DNA of 64,000 bases from NCBI GenBank assembly GCA_905178155.1, contig CAJINV010000001.1:2964265-3028264 (forward strand), written 5' to 3'. A model generated the notes under the pieces. The model was not told the origin of the DNA, made no database searches, and saw only the letters and a list, made by a program, of their open reading frames with translations. This document shows, piece after piece, positions 49,640-62,344 of this stretch. The number at the start of each line of letters is the position of its first letter. Position 1 is the first letter of the stretch. Source of the stretch: Amoebophrya sp. A120 (lineage: Eukaryota; Protista; Dinoflagellata). The translations under genes and the position numbers were made by a program.

Positions 49640-52237
49640 CTACCCATACGCCGACTGCGCGATGTAGGGCGAGCTGCTCTGGACGTAGTACCTCGGAGAA
49701 AGCGCCGCTGCAGTTTGCGCTGGTAGCGACTGCGTCAACTGGCCACCAAAGTACGGCACACTGGCCGCTGCGTAGGACTGTGGTTGTGCCATAGATTGTG
49801 CAAGTTGGGCGGGAGCCGTTTGCGGCATCATCATCTGCGGCGCACCTGCACCTCCCGCCGCGGGACCGGGGGAAAGGGACATGGCAGGTCGGAGGTAGGG
49901 GGACGCAGACGCAGTGACGTACTGCTGGGAACTTATCCCGGGCGTTGTCGCAGGCATTCCCATGACGACCTGCTGTGGTTGCTGCTGCGGCGCAAAGGGC
50001 GACATAGAGCGTACGGGTTGCGGGGTCAGGAAGGGGGAAGCAGAGGTTATTGTACGCGTAGTTGGCTGGGGAGAAAGCTGCAGCTGCATCCACGTTGCAC
50101 CGGCCGCTCCGTCGTCCAAGCTGCCGCGACGGCGTGGAGTCAAAGACGCAGATCTTCGCATTTGGTTTTGTGCAACTAAGTCCGCGTGGTTGACTAAGGA
50201 AGGCACCCTCGGCGCCGCGTCGGCAAAGGGATTCTTGTTTGTGCTTGCCCCGGTCGCGCTTTCCTTCTTTTCCCCCGCCGGGGCCCACCAATCCTCGTCC
50301 TCCGAATCCCTGCGCTTCAAGCTTGACAGCCGGTTATTCTGTGCGAGAACGATGTTCCGCATGTTGTGTAGCGCCTTCTGTTGCTGCAACAGCTGCAATT
50401 GCAGTTGCGCGTGCTGCCTCTGTTTCGCCAGCGGCGTGGCGTCCAGGCCCAGGTCCTCCGCCCGCTGGAGCGCCCCCGGGGATCCCGGCCCGGCGAGCTG
50501 CGGCTGCGGCATCGCCAGCTGAAGATTGGCTTGTGGTTGCACGTAGGACAGAACCGGTGCGGAACTGGCGACATTCGGGGGAGGCGATGCTGTTCCTGGA
50601 AGAACAGTCAGCGCGTTCGGTGTCGTCATTGGCAATTGTCCTCCCGCAGAGGCCGCGGCAAATGCGGCCGCTTGCTCCTGCAACATAGCCTCCTGCATCA
50701 AATTGTTGTAGTAAACCTGCTGCAAGTTTGGATTCAGTGGCGGCGTCGCGGGGGCGGCTGGTTGCTGTAGTGCACCAGTTCCTCCTGCCGTCGGCGTTGC
50801 CAAGCCTTGCAAGTCCGCCGCACTCGTAAAGAATCTTGGTGAAGTCAACGCAAGCAACTTGTCCTGCTCTGACATGAGAGGATGAATCACCGGTGGCAGT
50901 CCCGCCTGCTGCAGGGCGTGCGTCGGCGAGAGCGAATGCGGCTGTGCGGTCATCGCCGCGGCGTTCATTTGCGCGAGGTTGCCGGAAACTAATGGAAGCT
51001 GCGGCTGTGATTGCGCGATCTGCTGTAGCTGTTCTGGCTGCGAGAAATTCATCGCAGGGCCGCCGGACTGCTGCAGCATGGCATTCTGCACGCTCGCGGG
51101 CATCTGGAGAACTTCGGCCATCGGGTGCGAGAAGTGCGGTTGTTGCGGTGCAATCGTCTGTGTCTGTGGCATTTGCTGCATAAAATCCGGCTGTTGCTGC
51201 ATCTGCTGCGCCGCCGGCATAGACTGCTGCATTGCCATTGGCATCTGCTGCATAAATCCACTCTGATCTACAAACCCAGGCTGCTGCTGCTGCTGTTGCC
51301 CCATCATGTTCATTTGAGACTGCATCATATTTTGATGTTGGGGTGGCATGCTATTCTGCATGTTCATTTGTTGCTGGTCCATTTGCATCTGCCCCGGGCC
51401 GATGGTCTGCGAGGGTGGCATTGACATCGACATATTGTTACCCCCGTAATTCATCTGCGGCGGCATGCTTTGCTGCATTTGTGGTGGTGGCATGGATTGT
51501 TGCATTTGCGCTGGCATGGATTGATTGTACATCATAGACTGATCCTGATTTTGCTGCACCTGCGGACCACCCATCGACATGTTCATGTTGCTCTGCATCA
51601 TCTGCGGTTGCTGCTGTGGTGGTTGGCTCATCATGTTTTGGTACGGCATGGATTGCTGCATCGGGTCTACTCCTGGACCGCCTCCCATGAAGGACTGCTG
51701 GGGTGGGTTGTTCATCATCTGTGGTGGCATGCTCTGACTAGGGTTGTTCATATTGTTGTTGATTGGTGCACCCTGCTGGCCGAAGTAGTTGTCACTTTGT
51801 GCTGGTGGAGGCTGCGAGGCGGAGATACCTGCCATGCCGGCTGGCGCGTTCATGGACTGGCCGAGGTCGGAGGATTGCGGAAAATCGAAGAACGAAGACA
51901 AGTCCGGCACCGTTGAGTGATTGTTGGCAGCTGCGCCGCCACTAGTACCGCTGCCTCGCTTTGAACTCTTTTTCGAACTTGTCCCTCCGTGGTCGCGCTT
52001 GGAAGACTTGTGCTCCTTTTTCATCTTGCTCGAGTGTTTACTCTGTTGTTCCCCACCTCCACCCCCACCGCCGCCGCTTTCCCGTTTGTACTTGTCTTCT
52101 GGCGTGTCGAGGAGGTGGTTAATCGCGCGGTTCATGTCACTGTCTGCGCCCTCCCAGAGCTCCTTCAGCCATCCGCGGGAAAGATCGTTGCCGCCCATGG
52201 CGGTGGCCGTAGCCACGAAGTCCTCGAACTTTGCCAT
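49640..52237 (-). CDS. Protein with an N-terminal CUE/UBA-like helical domain and a long Q/M/P-rich low-complexity region
   Basis: 865-aa ORF. MGGNDLSRGWLKELWEGADSDMNRAINHLL resembles CUE/UBA helices; QQSMPPQM-type repeats follow. Confidence 0.75.
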   Translation of the reverse strand: MAKFEDFVATATAMGGNDLSRGWLKELWEGADSDMNRAINHLLDTPEDKYKRESGGGGGGGGEQQSKHSSKMKKEHKSSKRDHGGTSSKKSSKRGSGTSGGAAANNHSTVPDLSSFFDFPQSSDLGQSMNAPAGMAGISASQPPPAQSDNYFGQQGAPINNNMNNPSQSMPPQMMNNPPQQSFMGGGPGVDPMQQSMPYQNMMSQPPQQQPQMMQSNMNMSMGGPQVQQNQDQSMMYNQSMPAQMQQSMPPPQMQQSMPPQMNYGGNNMSMSMPPSQTIGPGQMQMDQQQMNMQNSMPPQHQNMMQSQMNMMGQQQQQQPGFVDQSGFMQQMPMAMQQSMPAAQQMQQQPDFMQQMPQTQTIAPQQPHFSHPMAEVLQMPASVQNAMLQQSGGPAMNFSQPEQLQQIAQSQPQLPLVSGNLAQMNAAAMTAQPHSLSPTHALQQAGLPPVIHPLMSEQDKLLALTSPRFFTSAADLQGLATPTAGGTGALQQPAAPATPPLNPNLQQVYYNNLMQEAMLQEQAAAFAAASAGGQLPMTTPNALTVLPGTASPPPNVASSAPVLSYVQPQANLQLAMPQPQLAGPGSPGALQRAEDLGLDATPLAKQRQHAQLQLQLLQQQKALHNMRNIVLAQNNRLSSLKRRDSEDEDWWAPAGEKKESATGASTNKNPFADAAPRVPSLVNHADLVAQNQMRRSASLTPRRRGSLDDGAAGATWMQLQLSPQPTTRTITSASPFLTPQPVRSMSPFAPQQQPQQVVMGMPATTPGISSQQYVTASASPYLRPAMSLSPGPAAGGAGAPQMMMPQTAPAQLAQSMAQPQSYAAASVPYFGGQLTQSLPAQTAAALSPRYYVQSSSPYIAQSAYG

Positions 52238-53124
52238 CGTGCCGCAGTTGTCGTGAGCGCTCCCTGTCGTGTACTTCTTGACGAGGTTGGAGAGGAAGCG
52301 CTCGTGCGGTTGGTACTAGAGGTGGTTCGAGTACTACGTACAACAGGAATAGCCTCGCTGTCTCAGATATTTCCGACCGCTGATCTCTACCTCGAACCTA
52401 CCATTAGAATCTTGTTCTTCTTCGACTTCGCCCTCTTTACTCTACAAACATTGGGTGCCCATGATAAAGAAAAAAACAGGATTTTCAGCTAGCCCTCAAG
52501 AAGAGTGTCAACCGGCTACGATCAAGCCATCGGTATTTGGGGAAGGGGGTTCATAGAGGACGGACCATGTTCGTACGTATATTTTTGACCTGGAGTTCGT
52601 AAAAGGCGAACAAGCACGACGTTGAGATTTCCATTTTAGTAACCCCATCAACACTTCTACTTCATCAAGATGAAGATGACTCGATTGGGATTGTTTTTTT
52701 TTTGTACAACAATCTTCCCGCCCAGGCCCACTTGACGTTGTGAAAGAGCTTTAGCTTCAGCTGCTTCTAGAAAGTGAAGAAGTAACATTCGTTTTTTTTT
52801 TTTACGTACACGCAGGTTTTACGGTGCAAGATATACTGTGCTTCTCGGCTCTCACGACGTTTCGAGGACATCCCTTTCTCTCACGAAATCTATCCCTGGC
52901 GACGTATGACTTGATCTAAACTAGCACTTTGGAACACGGAGCAGGCTTCGATTTGACGAAATGCCCCTCTCTGGTGTAGCGCACGACTGTAGAGTTTGAT
53001 AGAACTAGAAGATCTCAACATTGCAATTTTTCAACCACTAATAGCGCGATGTTCCTCCATTTTTGCCTTTGCGTTGACGCGTTTTTTGTCTTGCATGAAC
53101 CAGCACAAGAATCCTCAGTCACTG

Positions 53125-54579
53125 TCACGACTGTCCGCCAAGCAGCAGCGACCCAGTTGTGTTCATTACCCCTGCCTGCTCCGACTCGCGGACTGCTTCT
53201 TCGATCGCGTGCTTTTTCCGCGGGACCAGATTCCGTTCCAGAAAAAGGCGGAGCAGGTCCAAGCAGGCTCGTCTGGACCTTTCTCTTATCAACACGTCGA
53301 CCATGACCGCCGCGTCGTTCGTGTAGAGAAAGTGGTTCCTCGTGTCCGCCCGGAGGATGCGAAGGAGCATGTGTGACGCTTCACGGATGTGCGTTCGCCG
53401 GTTCAGGAGCTGGAGCTGGTTTTATATTCATTTCCAATAGGAATAGGAGGAAGGAAAATCGAAATTTCAATAGTTCGTGCGGGTTTCTAGTTTCCATTAC
53501 GTGTCCCGTTTAGTAGAAAGCAACAAAAACATTTTGTTTCGCCGACATTCATCATCTCAATGTAATTTGGGGTGGCAAAAGTGCATTCATACCAAGTGCT
53601 CTCCCCACACCCTGCCCTGCGGGTGCTTGAGTGCCAGGGACACGAGCGCCTCCGCACACTCCGGCGGCCCGTGGTCGAAAAGTTCCAGGATTAACGGCCC
53701 GAGATATTCGTCGATTTCTCGCGGCGCGATTTGCGTCAACAGCTCCAGCAGGACGGGGCAGAGGTCTGCGGTGAAAACGACGGTCATGGTTTCCAATTTT
53801 TTCCCCTGCTCTAGCTCCTTTTCGCTGTCCTCGCGAATTTTTTCCTTTTGCAATTCCCACAAGATTCGCGTCGCGCGCAGCCTGGGTTGTGCTTCCGGGT
53901 TCAGCCCCCCGCGGGGGCTCCTTGACGTCGAAAACGAACTCAACGCTCCCGTGTGCGGATCCTGCTCCTCGTCGATCGCGATTCTTTTCAGGATCTCCAC
54001 CAGCCCCTCCCCCCTGCTCGACCGGTTGCCCTTCATGTAGCGCACGAAATAGAAGAGAATGCGGAGGAGGCAATCCCGCATGTCCGCATTGGCAGCTTGC
54101 TGCAGCATGTCGGGCCACTTGCTCGAGAAATCCCGGTCCAAGCTTCGCGCCCAGGTGCTGTATTCCCTGCTGGTCCGGTCCACCGAAGGAGACTCCAGCG
54201 TCTCCAATAACTGCCGCAATTCCACGAGTGAGAGCTCGAATTCCTCGCCGCTAGAGGTGGAACTGCTAGTTGTACCGGGAGCAGCTGCGCCATCTCTAGT
54301 ACTACTTCCGGCGTAGTCTCTATTTATTTTTGCAGAAGCTGCTGTAGAGGAGCTGCTGCCTCCGCCCGTAGTCGTCCCCGCCGCGACGAGTGGTGCGTCG
54401 CGGTCGCCGATACCCCCACTTCCATGAACATGATGTTCGAGTTTGGTTTGTTTTGCTCCATGGAGGTCCTCGTCCTCACTGCGGAATCGCTTTCGCGATG
54501 CCTCGCTTGTTGTTCCAAGGGCCGCGCGAGCCGCTTCAGAGCGTCCTGCTCGCGTAGATGATGCCCAGGACGTTGCCAT
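53125..54579 (-). CDS. SPIN90/Ldb17 (WISH/DIP) leucine-rich-domain-like protein, two exons
   Basis: A GT-AG join gives WGEHL..LLNR...FLYTNDAAVMVDVLIRE, matching the LLNR and FYTND..VLIDI..R motifs of this family as recalled. Confidence 0.65.
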
Positions 54580-55382
54580 GATTTATTCTGCAACCGTGCT
54601 GATGTTTTTTGTGCAGCAATCTACTTTTGCAACATGCGTGATCGTAAAGTGAAGAAGCAACAAGTTCACCTACAACACATCATCAAAAACACATTTATGA
54701 TTATTCGTGTCTGCTTGAAACAGAAACACCCGATCGTAAGAAAGACATCAGCGAATTGTATGTGCATCTTCTTTCGCGTCAATAACAAAACTCGTCCGTG
54801 CTTCTTCTGGACGATGCTGAAGATGATCTACAACTTGTGATCTGTTTTATCTTTTCAACAACGTAGGTCGTACAATCGAACGAAAGAAAAAGCCAGTAGA
54901 AATGCGAGCCTGGTTCTGGTTGTCGAGGATCATTGCATCGATCATGCAGCGAGTAGAGTCCAAGTCCAACATTTTTCCACGGAGCGAGTCACGAACGAAG
55001 GCTGCACTCTCTTCGAGGTCGACTACTTACATATCGACGCGTGAACATTTTTTTTTTCGGAATATTGAACCGAAGGCACAGCGGCAGCTCACTGAAAGCC
55101 TCGAAGTCAATCGGCGCTGCAATCAACAAAGCTCAAACTCTTTTTGAAGTTGAACTGTTATTCTACTTCTGAAACATGAAGAACTGTAGAACTGAAGGGA
55201 ATCTAACCACTCAATTCTGTTGCGGTGGATCGAAATCTGTCAGCGTGGTCGTGCTGCTCGGTACATTTGTGATTCGACAAGAACAAGTTTGGCTGCAGAA
55301 ACCCCATCTAATATGCGCGGCATGCTTCGACTTCTTACACCGCCCTGAAGATCTGCAAAGATAAGATGCCTCTCCCGTCTCG

Positions 55383-57942
55383 TCATCCCAACAAGCTGAC
55401 ACTGCTCGTCGCGCCCATGAGTCCCGACAGACCCCCGGTTCTCTGTCGTGAAATCCGCGTCGCCGCGTAGCTCGGATCCAACCTCACCTGACTCCACATG
55501 CCGTTGACGCACTTGGCAAAGGAGAAATGTGGCCGATTCAGCTTCTGCCGCAGACTGTACAAGACTCGCAGCCACAAGATCTTGCCCGGGGGAATGGTCA
55601 CGCAGTGCGGCGCGTAGCCGCGCAGCGTCGCGTTCATCTGCAAACCGGTTACCCAGTGGTACAACTGGTCGAAATCTTGGAAAACTAGAGACAAGTACTT
55701 CCGCTGATTAGTAGATTCCGACTGCGGGCCGTGGCTCTTCTTCGCTGCGTTTTGTTCTCCCCTAGCGCTCGCGGGGTGCCAATCCGCGGAAGACATCTGC
55801 GTGGTTGACTCCGGCCCCGAACCGCGCCGGTACACGATCGTGATTGCGTTGGTCGCGATGCGTTGGAGGATGCACCGGGAAAAGTTCGGGAAGCACGCGG
55901 GTCCGTAGATGAAGCCCAAGATGTTTCGCAAGTCCACAATCACCACCGCACCGTCTGTCCCGGCGTTCTTGTCTCCATCTGTCGGCAGGTTCGAGATGAG
56001 CGACGCGCGGCCGCGGCCACGGGACATCACAGTGTTGTACAAAGCGTTCTTCATGGTGGTCAACGCCGAGGCTCCCGACCGTCGCTCGCGCAGAGACGTG
56101 GTGCCGTGGCTGTTGAGGTGCTCGGCAACCACGTGGTCAAACGGGTTTTGCTGCGTGCCGCGGAAATAGGCGTCGCGGGACGTGTAGAGTGCGAGCACGG
56201 ACGTGGTCACCTCCTCGCTGGCGGACGGGCCGAGCCGCATCTCCCGGGAACTGTCGAAGCTGCTCGGAATGTTAATGTATTTGCGGAGAACCAGGAAGAA
56301 CCTCTGATCGCCAATCTTCTTCGTGGTTCCGGTGCTGGAAAAAAAGCGCTCGAAGAACGATTTGGGAAACAGGGTGCGAATCCCGGACGCGCCGGCAAGC
56401 AGAATGGACTCCAACAGAGGACCTTGGTCGGGCGCGAAGCCGTGGAATCGCGTCAACTGCCGGTGGTGGCGGCGTCGCGCAGCCCGTAGTTTCGCCAAAA
56501 ACCGCCGCCACTGGTACTTCTCGACGACGAAAAGCATTCTTCTCACTTTCTGCTGCATCAAGGCGCGGACGTACGCCAGGTGCCTGGTGCCCTCCTCCAT
56601 GAGGGGGCGGAGACAGTCGTCGAGGGTGGCGGGCAATGCCTTCGGCTGCGGGAAAGTCAGTGTCTTTCGCCCTTGCGCCGCTTGCTCAGCCGATATTTTG
56701 TCGGTATGTGTTCCCCGCGGCGCTGCCACGAGTTTATTATTTACACCAGCTACTTCGCCTCCCACGGAAGACGGGTCTTTATTCTTTTCTTCTACGACTG
56801 TTATCCCATGGACTTCGACCGTCTCCTGCTCGGTTGTACTTCCCGCACTCGTGCGGCTCGCGAGCGTTCGCGATCGGGAGTTCGAAGTTTCGTGGCTGAC
56901 GGTGACAACCTCGGAGTCCCGAGACGTGGCGGAATCTTGCTGCCCGGCCAGCATGTGCAGACAGGCTTCGTAAAGGCTAACTTCTGTACTAGACTTGGCG
57001 TGCTGAATACCACGGCGGAGGCACATTCTCAACGCCGTGCGGAAAACCTTGTGGTCACGCTGGAGCTTCAGCTCGGCGTCGGGGTCCTGTAATGTGGTTT
57101 TTTATTGCGAAAAGCATGTTGATTCCACATGGATTTATTCCGCCATAGAGAGCAAGAGGCCACCAGCTCAGCTAGGAAAGGAAATCCATCGGCGATATTT
57201 TCGTCTTCGTCTTCGTGCACAAAAAGTCATATGCTCAAAACGAAACAACTGGTGTAGCAGGGTGGATGAAGTAAATGAGTGAGTTGTTGTCTATCATCCA
57301 TCTTGATCTCTACATTTGAATACCGAGAAGCATCTTGAATACAAGCTGGGCAAACAGCTTCTCGTCGTCGATCAGGCCCAGTCGGTGCGCGCACGCCGAC
57401 CGCTTCACCTTGTCGCGACTGTGGGCGGCATTCAGGATTTGCGCAAGTTGCTGTCGCGCGACGACATCTTTCAGCACTCCCGTGGTCGGTAGTTCTCCGG
57501 AAGTAGATGCAAGCAAGTGCATCTTTTTGTACACCCAACTGTCCTCCAGTTTACCGTACAAATCTTGAATGGCCGCAGCGTCAGGTGGTCCGCCTTTCTC
57601 GTGGCCCTTTTCTGGCAAGAGAAGGCGGCGGTGCGCCACACTATAGGACAGGTATGGGTCATTCAAGTCGTGCTGGGCAACCTCTTGCGCTTGCTGGAGA
57701 AGAGTCTCCGCCGGTGTTGGTGCTGTGTAGTCCTGGTCTTCATTCTCCTTGTTTCGCTTGGTGGGTTTAGCATGATCTTCCGGCCGTTTCGTCTGGACAA
57801 TCAGGCGACAATATTCCAGCAGAGCTTCTGTGATGGTGCGCAACTGGTCCATCTCATCCTGGTCCGCGGACGAGGGGTATTCCGAAAGATCCAGTTCCAT
57901 TTTTCGACACTCAGACTGCGCCTGATACAAGAATCGACTCAC
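55383..57942 (-). CDS. Hypothetical protein with a C-terminal PH-like domain; at least two exons
   Basis: ORFs 57310..57942 and 55383..57032. VDLRNILGFIYG...ITIVY...LSLVFQDFDQLYHWVTGLQ is typical of a PLC-type PH domain. Confidence 0.65.
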
Positions 57943-60900
57943 CTCAACGCACTACATGATAAAAAAAATCTCTACCTGCAACAATCAATGCGATGCCGCT
58001 TGTTCGCAATCAAACGACCTTGTTAACTTCAACTGCAACTGGTCGAGCTCTACAACTCTGCCTACCGACCACAGAACAAAAAGGAAAAACGAAACCAGGG
58101 ACTAACAACTGACAGTAACTCACCAACTCAGAAAAAGACGAAATTACACGAACAAGAGTCAAGTTTCTCAAAGGAGTCACCGATGTTCGTCAGGTGCCGC
58201 CAGATATCACTGAAGGCAGAAAGTGATCAATGCCTCTTCCTTCACATGCTCAAAGCTGTATACTCCTTTTCCTTTACTCCTCATCAAGTGGCGGCATCAA
58301 GGAAAGCAGGCTCGCCCAGGTAAGCGCACGCAGGCTTCGCAGCGCCAAACTCGACAAGACAGCCAGTCCAGCACTGGCGCCTCGGCCACACACACCCCCA
58401 ATACTAATTCGCGGCGAGCGACGGGGAGAAGGCCCGGTGGTGGCGACGACAGATCTAGGGATGCTACAGACCCCCGGCTGCGTAGTCCGGGTAAGACGAG
58501 CGACCAACCACCAACACAATGAATGCCGGCAGGCCGGCACATCTTTTGAAGGGAGCAGGATGGGCCAGCGGGAGAGTGGCCGAAGGATCGGGCCAAACAC
58601 GACAGGCCCAGGGCCCGGCGCCGAGCTCGCGCCGGCGCGCGAGGCCAGTCACCTGGCGCGCCCCACTACGGGCGCGCGCGGCTGCGGAGATGCGCGCCGA
58701 GTCCGGCCGCCGGCCTTGTTGTCTTCATTGGCGTCGCGCGATCATCGCGCGGGCCGTCGTATTCGAGGACTGTGGGCAAGCTTCGAGTCGAGATGTAGAG
58801 GCGCCGGCCCATCCTCGCCGCACCGGAGGCACCAGCACCGCCAGACTTAAGCCCAGAGGACGCGCCACCGCTCCCATTTGGCCTTGGGCACGCATCTGGT
58901 CGGACGCTCATCCTCATGGTGTTTAGTGGAATGCGCGACATAAACATAAATGAGCAGGAGAGTAGGAGACGACCCTCACGGCCCGCAATGGATGCGCGCA
59001 AATTTATGTTGGTCCTACGCAGATTATATTCCAAGGACGACGCATATCCAGATAATCAAAAACAAAGTAGCTGAATCATGATCATCTTCAAGAGGAAGAG
59101 TGCACATGTCCCTCACAACATCTTATGTCCCTCCACCTCTGCTCAATGCCGGAGACGCCAGGGAGCATGCAGATGGAGTGGCTGCTCAACTGGCAAGAAG
59201 TAAGACTTCTAACTCTAAGAGTATTAAACTTTACTGAACTCTCACACGACACCAGGTAAAAAAGCCGACTAATACTTCCTCGAGAGAAAAACTAAAAGCG
59301 TTGCACTCTGTCTCCCTCTGTGATGGCAATGCGCCGATAAACGCGTCCTTGGTCGAGAGTAGAACACAGATTGCGTCGACATCTCATCTTTATCGCGCAG
59401 CAAGACCGGTCCTGACGCTGGTGCTGGCACGTAAACGCGCTATGGTTATTCTTTAATGGCGCAAAATTGGGCCCCGCTTGCTGGCTACTCTGGCACTTGC
59501 CGCTAGCTTGCATGATTCGCGGCAACGGGGGCAGTAGCAGCAGCGGGCTGCAGCTCTGTGTAGTAAAAGCGGGCGGCGCATTTTTCATCTTCAGCGCAGA
59601 TGAATGTACGTGCAGGCACATGCTCGGTAGGAGCATCACAGCGACTGCAGCAAGGCTCCCGAAAATTGCAGAAAGTAGTGTGTATGGCGCGAGGCAGGGC
59701 GCTTGCTTGCTCGTGTCGCTGGCCTTGGCGCATCATAGAAACGCGCTTCGCTTAGAAAATTCAAACAAAAATCAGCACTGCAGTGGGCTTCAGGTGAATT
59801 CTAGAATTGTATGGTGCTTCGATTTTTTTGCTAGTCCGTACTCGATGCTGTGGGCAGGCGCGTAGAGGCTGGGCTTCTATAGGCATAGTCTTAATTGGCG
59901 CGCGGTGCTTAGTTACTAGATTTGTCTCTCATCGCGGTCTCCTCTGTGGCGTGGAGTGCTTGCATTGCCCACGCATTTTTTAGTTTTGCCACTGGGCAAT
60001 TTTTTTCATAGCAGAAAAGGCAACTGGCACGATCAGAAAGGCATGTTGATGTTTTTTCGTTCCTACTTTCGTTTCGTCCACAGGTAATGCTCGCGGGCAT
60101 AGGGTACTGACATGTTGGCGAAACTGTGCTTGCAGTTTACTTCCTCCTGCTCTAGTAATAGGGCCTGGCCAAAAGTCAGTGGCAGTATTTGCCTTCGGGA
60201 GAAGTCAGAGCCCGACTCGAAAGTCAGTTTCCAGAGCAAATTGCCCTTGCGGTGGAAGAAGTGCCTCATCTACTAGTAAGTTGCGTGTAGCTGCTAATCT
60301 CATGCGTATGAAGATAATCTTCCTCCTGGTAATGTTGGTCCCTATATGGATCAGAGAGTGATTGTGATTCAGGGAACAGTAGAATATTACTGTGTGCGAA
60401 AGCAAAATGGGTGCTTCACCGTCCGTCACCTCTTTCTCAAGAGGCACGGTTCTACTTATTTAGGCTCTACATCTACCGTAAAAATGAAAAAATGTATCTC
60501 AAACTGTAAAATACGGTACTATCGAGCGAATAACGACGTCATGCTGAAGGCCGTCACGCGCTTCGAGTAGTAGGTTGTAAAAGTATGCTATAGTACAAAA
60601 ACACGTAAAAAAACTACATAACAAAAACATGGTATTCCAAAAACAAGTTTGGTGTAACAATCCTTTCTGCAGCTGCACAACTGCACAAAGCTCTTTCAAA
60701 AACTAGTGTTCATCGGCGAAAAGTACGTTGGCGTCATCTTTGGCAGTTGTTGTGCGACGTGTGTCTTCCTTTTTTACCACTGCTGCGTCGCCATCAGCAT
60801 TGGCGCGCCACTGTCCAAGAAAAGTTTTGAGTTTTCTTCAAATCTATATCACTGTCGCAGCAGCTTCTATTTGATGCAATCTGCGTCGTCGTCGTTCACG

Positions 60901-61568
60901 TTCTTTTTTTCACCTGTTGCATCAACCTCGTTTTTCACGACTATAACAGTCTTCATCTTCGTCTATTTACCACTGCACTGTAGCCATCAGCATGGGCGCG
61001 CAGTTATGCTTGAGAAATTTTGAGTCCGGTCAAAATTTGCCTTGCAAAAACTGGGGGCGGCGCGGGCAGCGACGCGGAAGCGAAGCGAGAGAGCAGACGG
61101 GGGGCGGGTGGGTAGTGCATTTGTTTTTCTTCTTCGAAGATATCGGTGCGATATCATTTGCGCCTGTCAGTAGCGAATCTCGTTCCACCACCACAACCAC
61201 CATTCTACAATCTCCTCCGCAACATCCGCTGCAACCACCTTCAGCTCCATCTCCAAAATCAATTTGTTGATTTCATTTTCGGTTTCGTTTCCTCATCTAT
61301 CATCTTCTTCCTCCTCCCTCCTCCTGCTTCCGACGAAATTGCAGTATCCACCACTAATTATTGTTATTCATACATATTAGACTGTGCATATGCATAAGCC
61401 GTTCATTAACACTAACTCTAACACGTTGGAAAAATACCAGCACTCAGCCATGCATATCCATATTTTCTCTCTCTTCGAGGAAACGGAGCGTGAATCTAAA
61501 TCTATGCAGGAGGTTGTCTTACAGCTACATGCATATTATGCAACATATCAGGCACGACAAGTTTTGAG

Positions 61569-62344
61569 TTAACTCAAAATTCTGTTTGCGTAGCAGTCCA
61601 TGCAGACATACTCGTCGTCCTTGCATTTTTTCTTGCTCTTCTTGTCTGGCATCAGGTCCTTCTTCTTCTTGTATTCGCCGGTGAATCTGTCATGCGCGTT
61701 TTTCTTGCAGATTGACAACATTGAGGCAAGTTTCCAATTAATTTGAATTTTCGTAAAAAAAAAAGCAAAAATAGTCATACAACTACAACGAAGTACATCA
61801 AAACACTCGATGAACATTCATCACAGGACGCAACAAGGACAACAGCAACACAAAAGGAAAATAAGCCAAAAGCAGCTGTTCTCAAAACAATAAACCGAAA
61901 CGCTTACGTTGATCCGCATTCGCAGCAGGTTCGCTCTTCGCCGGAACCCAAGTCATCCAGAGACGGTCCCCGTCCGGTTTGCTTCTGCTTGAAGTCTTGA
62001 ATCTCGAATTCTTCAAACAGGGGACAACAATCCATGCAGATAAACTCCGTGTCGCCGACTTTCTCCCGCTTTTTCTTATCGGCAATGGCGTTCTTCTTTC
62101 GTTTGAACTCGCCAATGATGGGTGCGCCGCACATGTTACACTTAAAACAGTTCTTGTGAAACGCCTGCCCGCCCACGTGTAGCACCTCCCCCGCGCCGAG
62201 AAGTGTCTTCTTGCAGATGCTGCATTTCCCTGCGGCCTTCTTCGCGCACTTGTTGCACCATGGCTTCCCCTTCGGACCAATGAAATACTCCCCGTCGATC
62301 TCGTTTCCGCACTCACCGCAAAAGGTGAGCTCGTCTTCAGACAT
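61569..62344 (-). CDS. LIM-domain zinc-finger protein, two exons (GT-AG intron 61687-61907)
   Basis: CSICKK...FHKNCFKCNMCG...CMDC LIM pattern plus half-LIM units; the splice gives CCECGST|FTGEYKK...YVCMDCY. Confidence 0.88.

Noticed and set aside
58230-59034. GC-rich stretch with overlapping ORFs on both strands
   Set aside because: No frame gives a recognisable protein, and no TIR or TSD was found.
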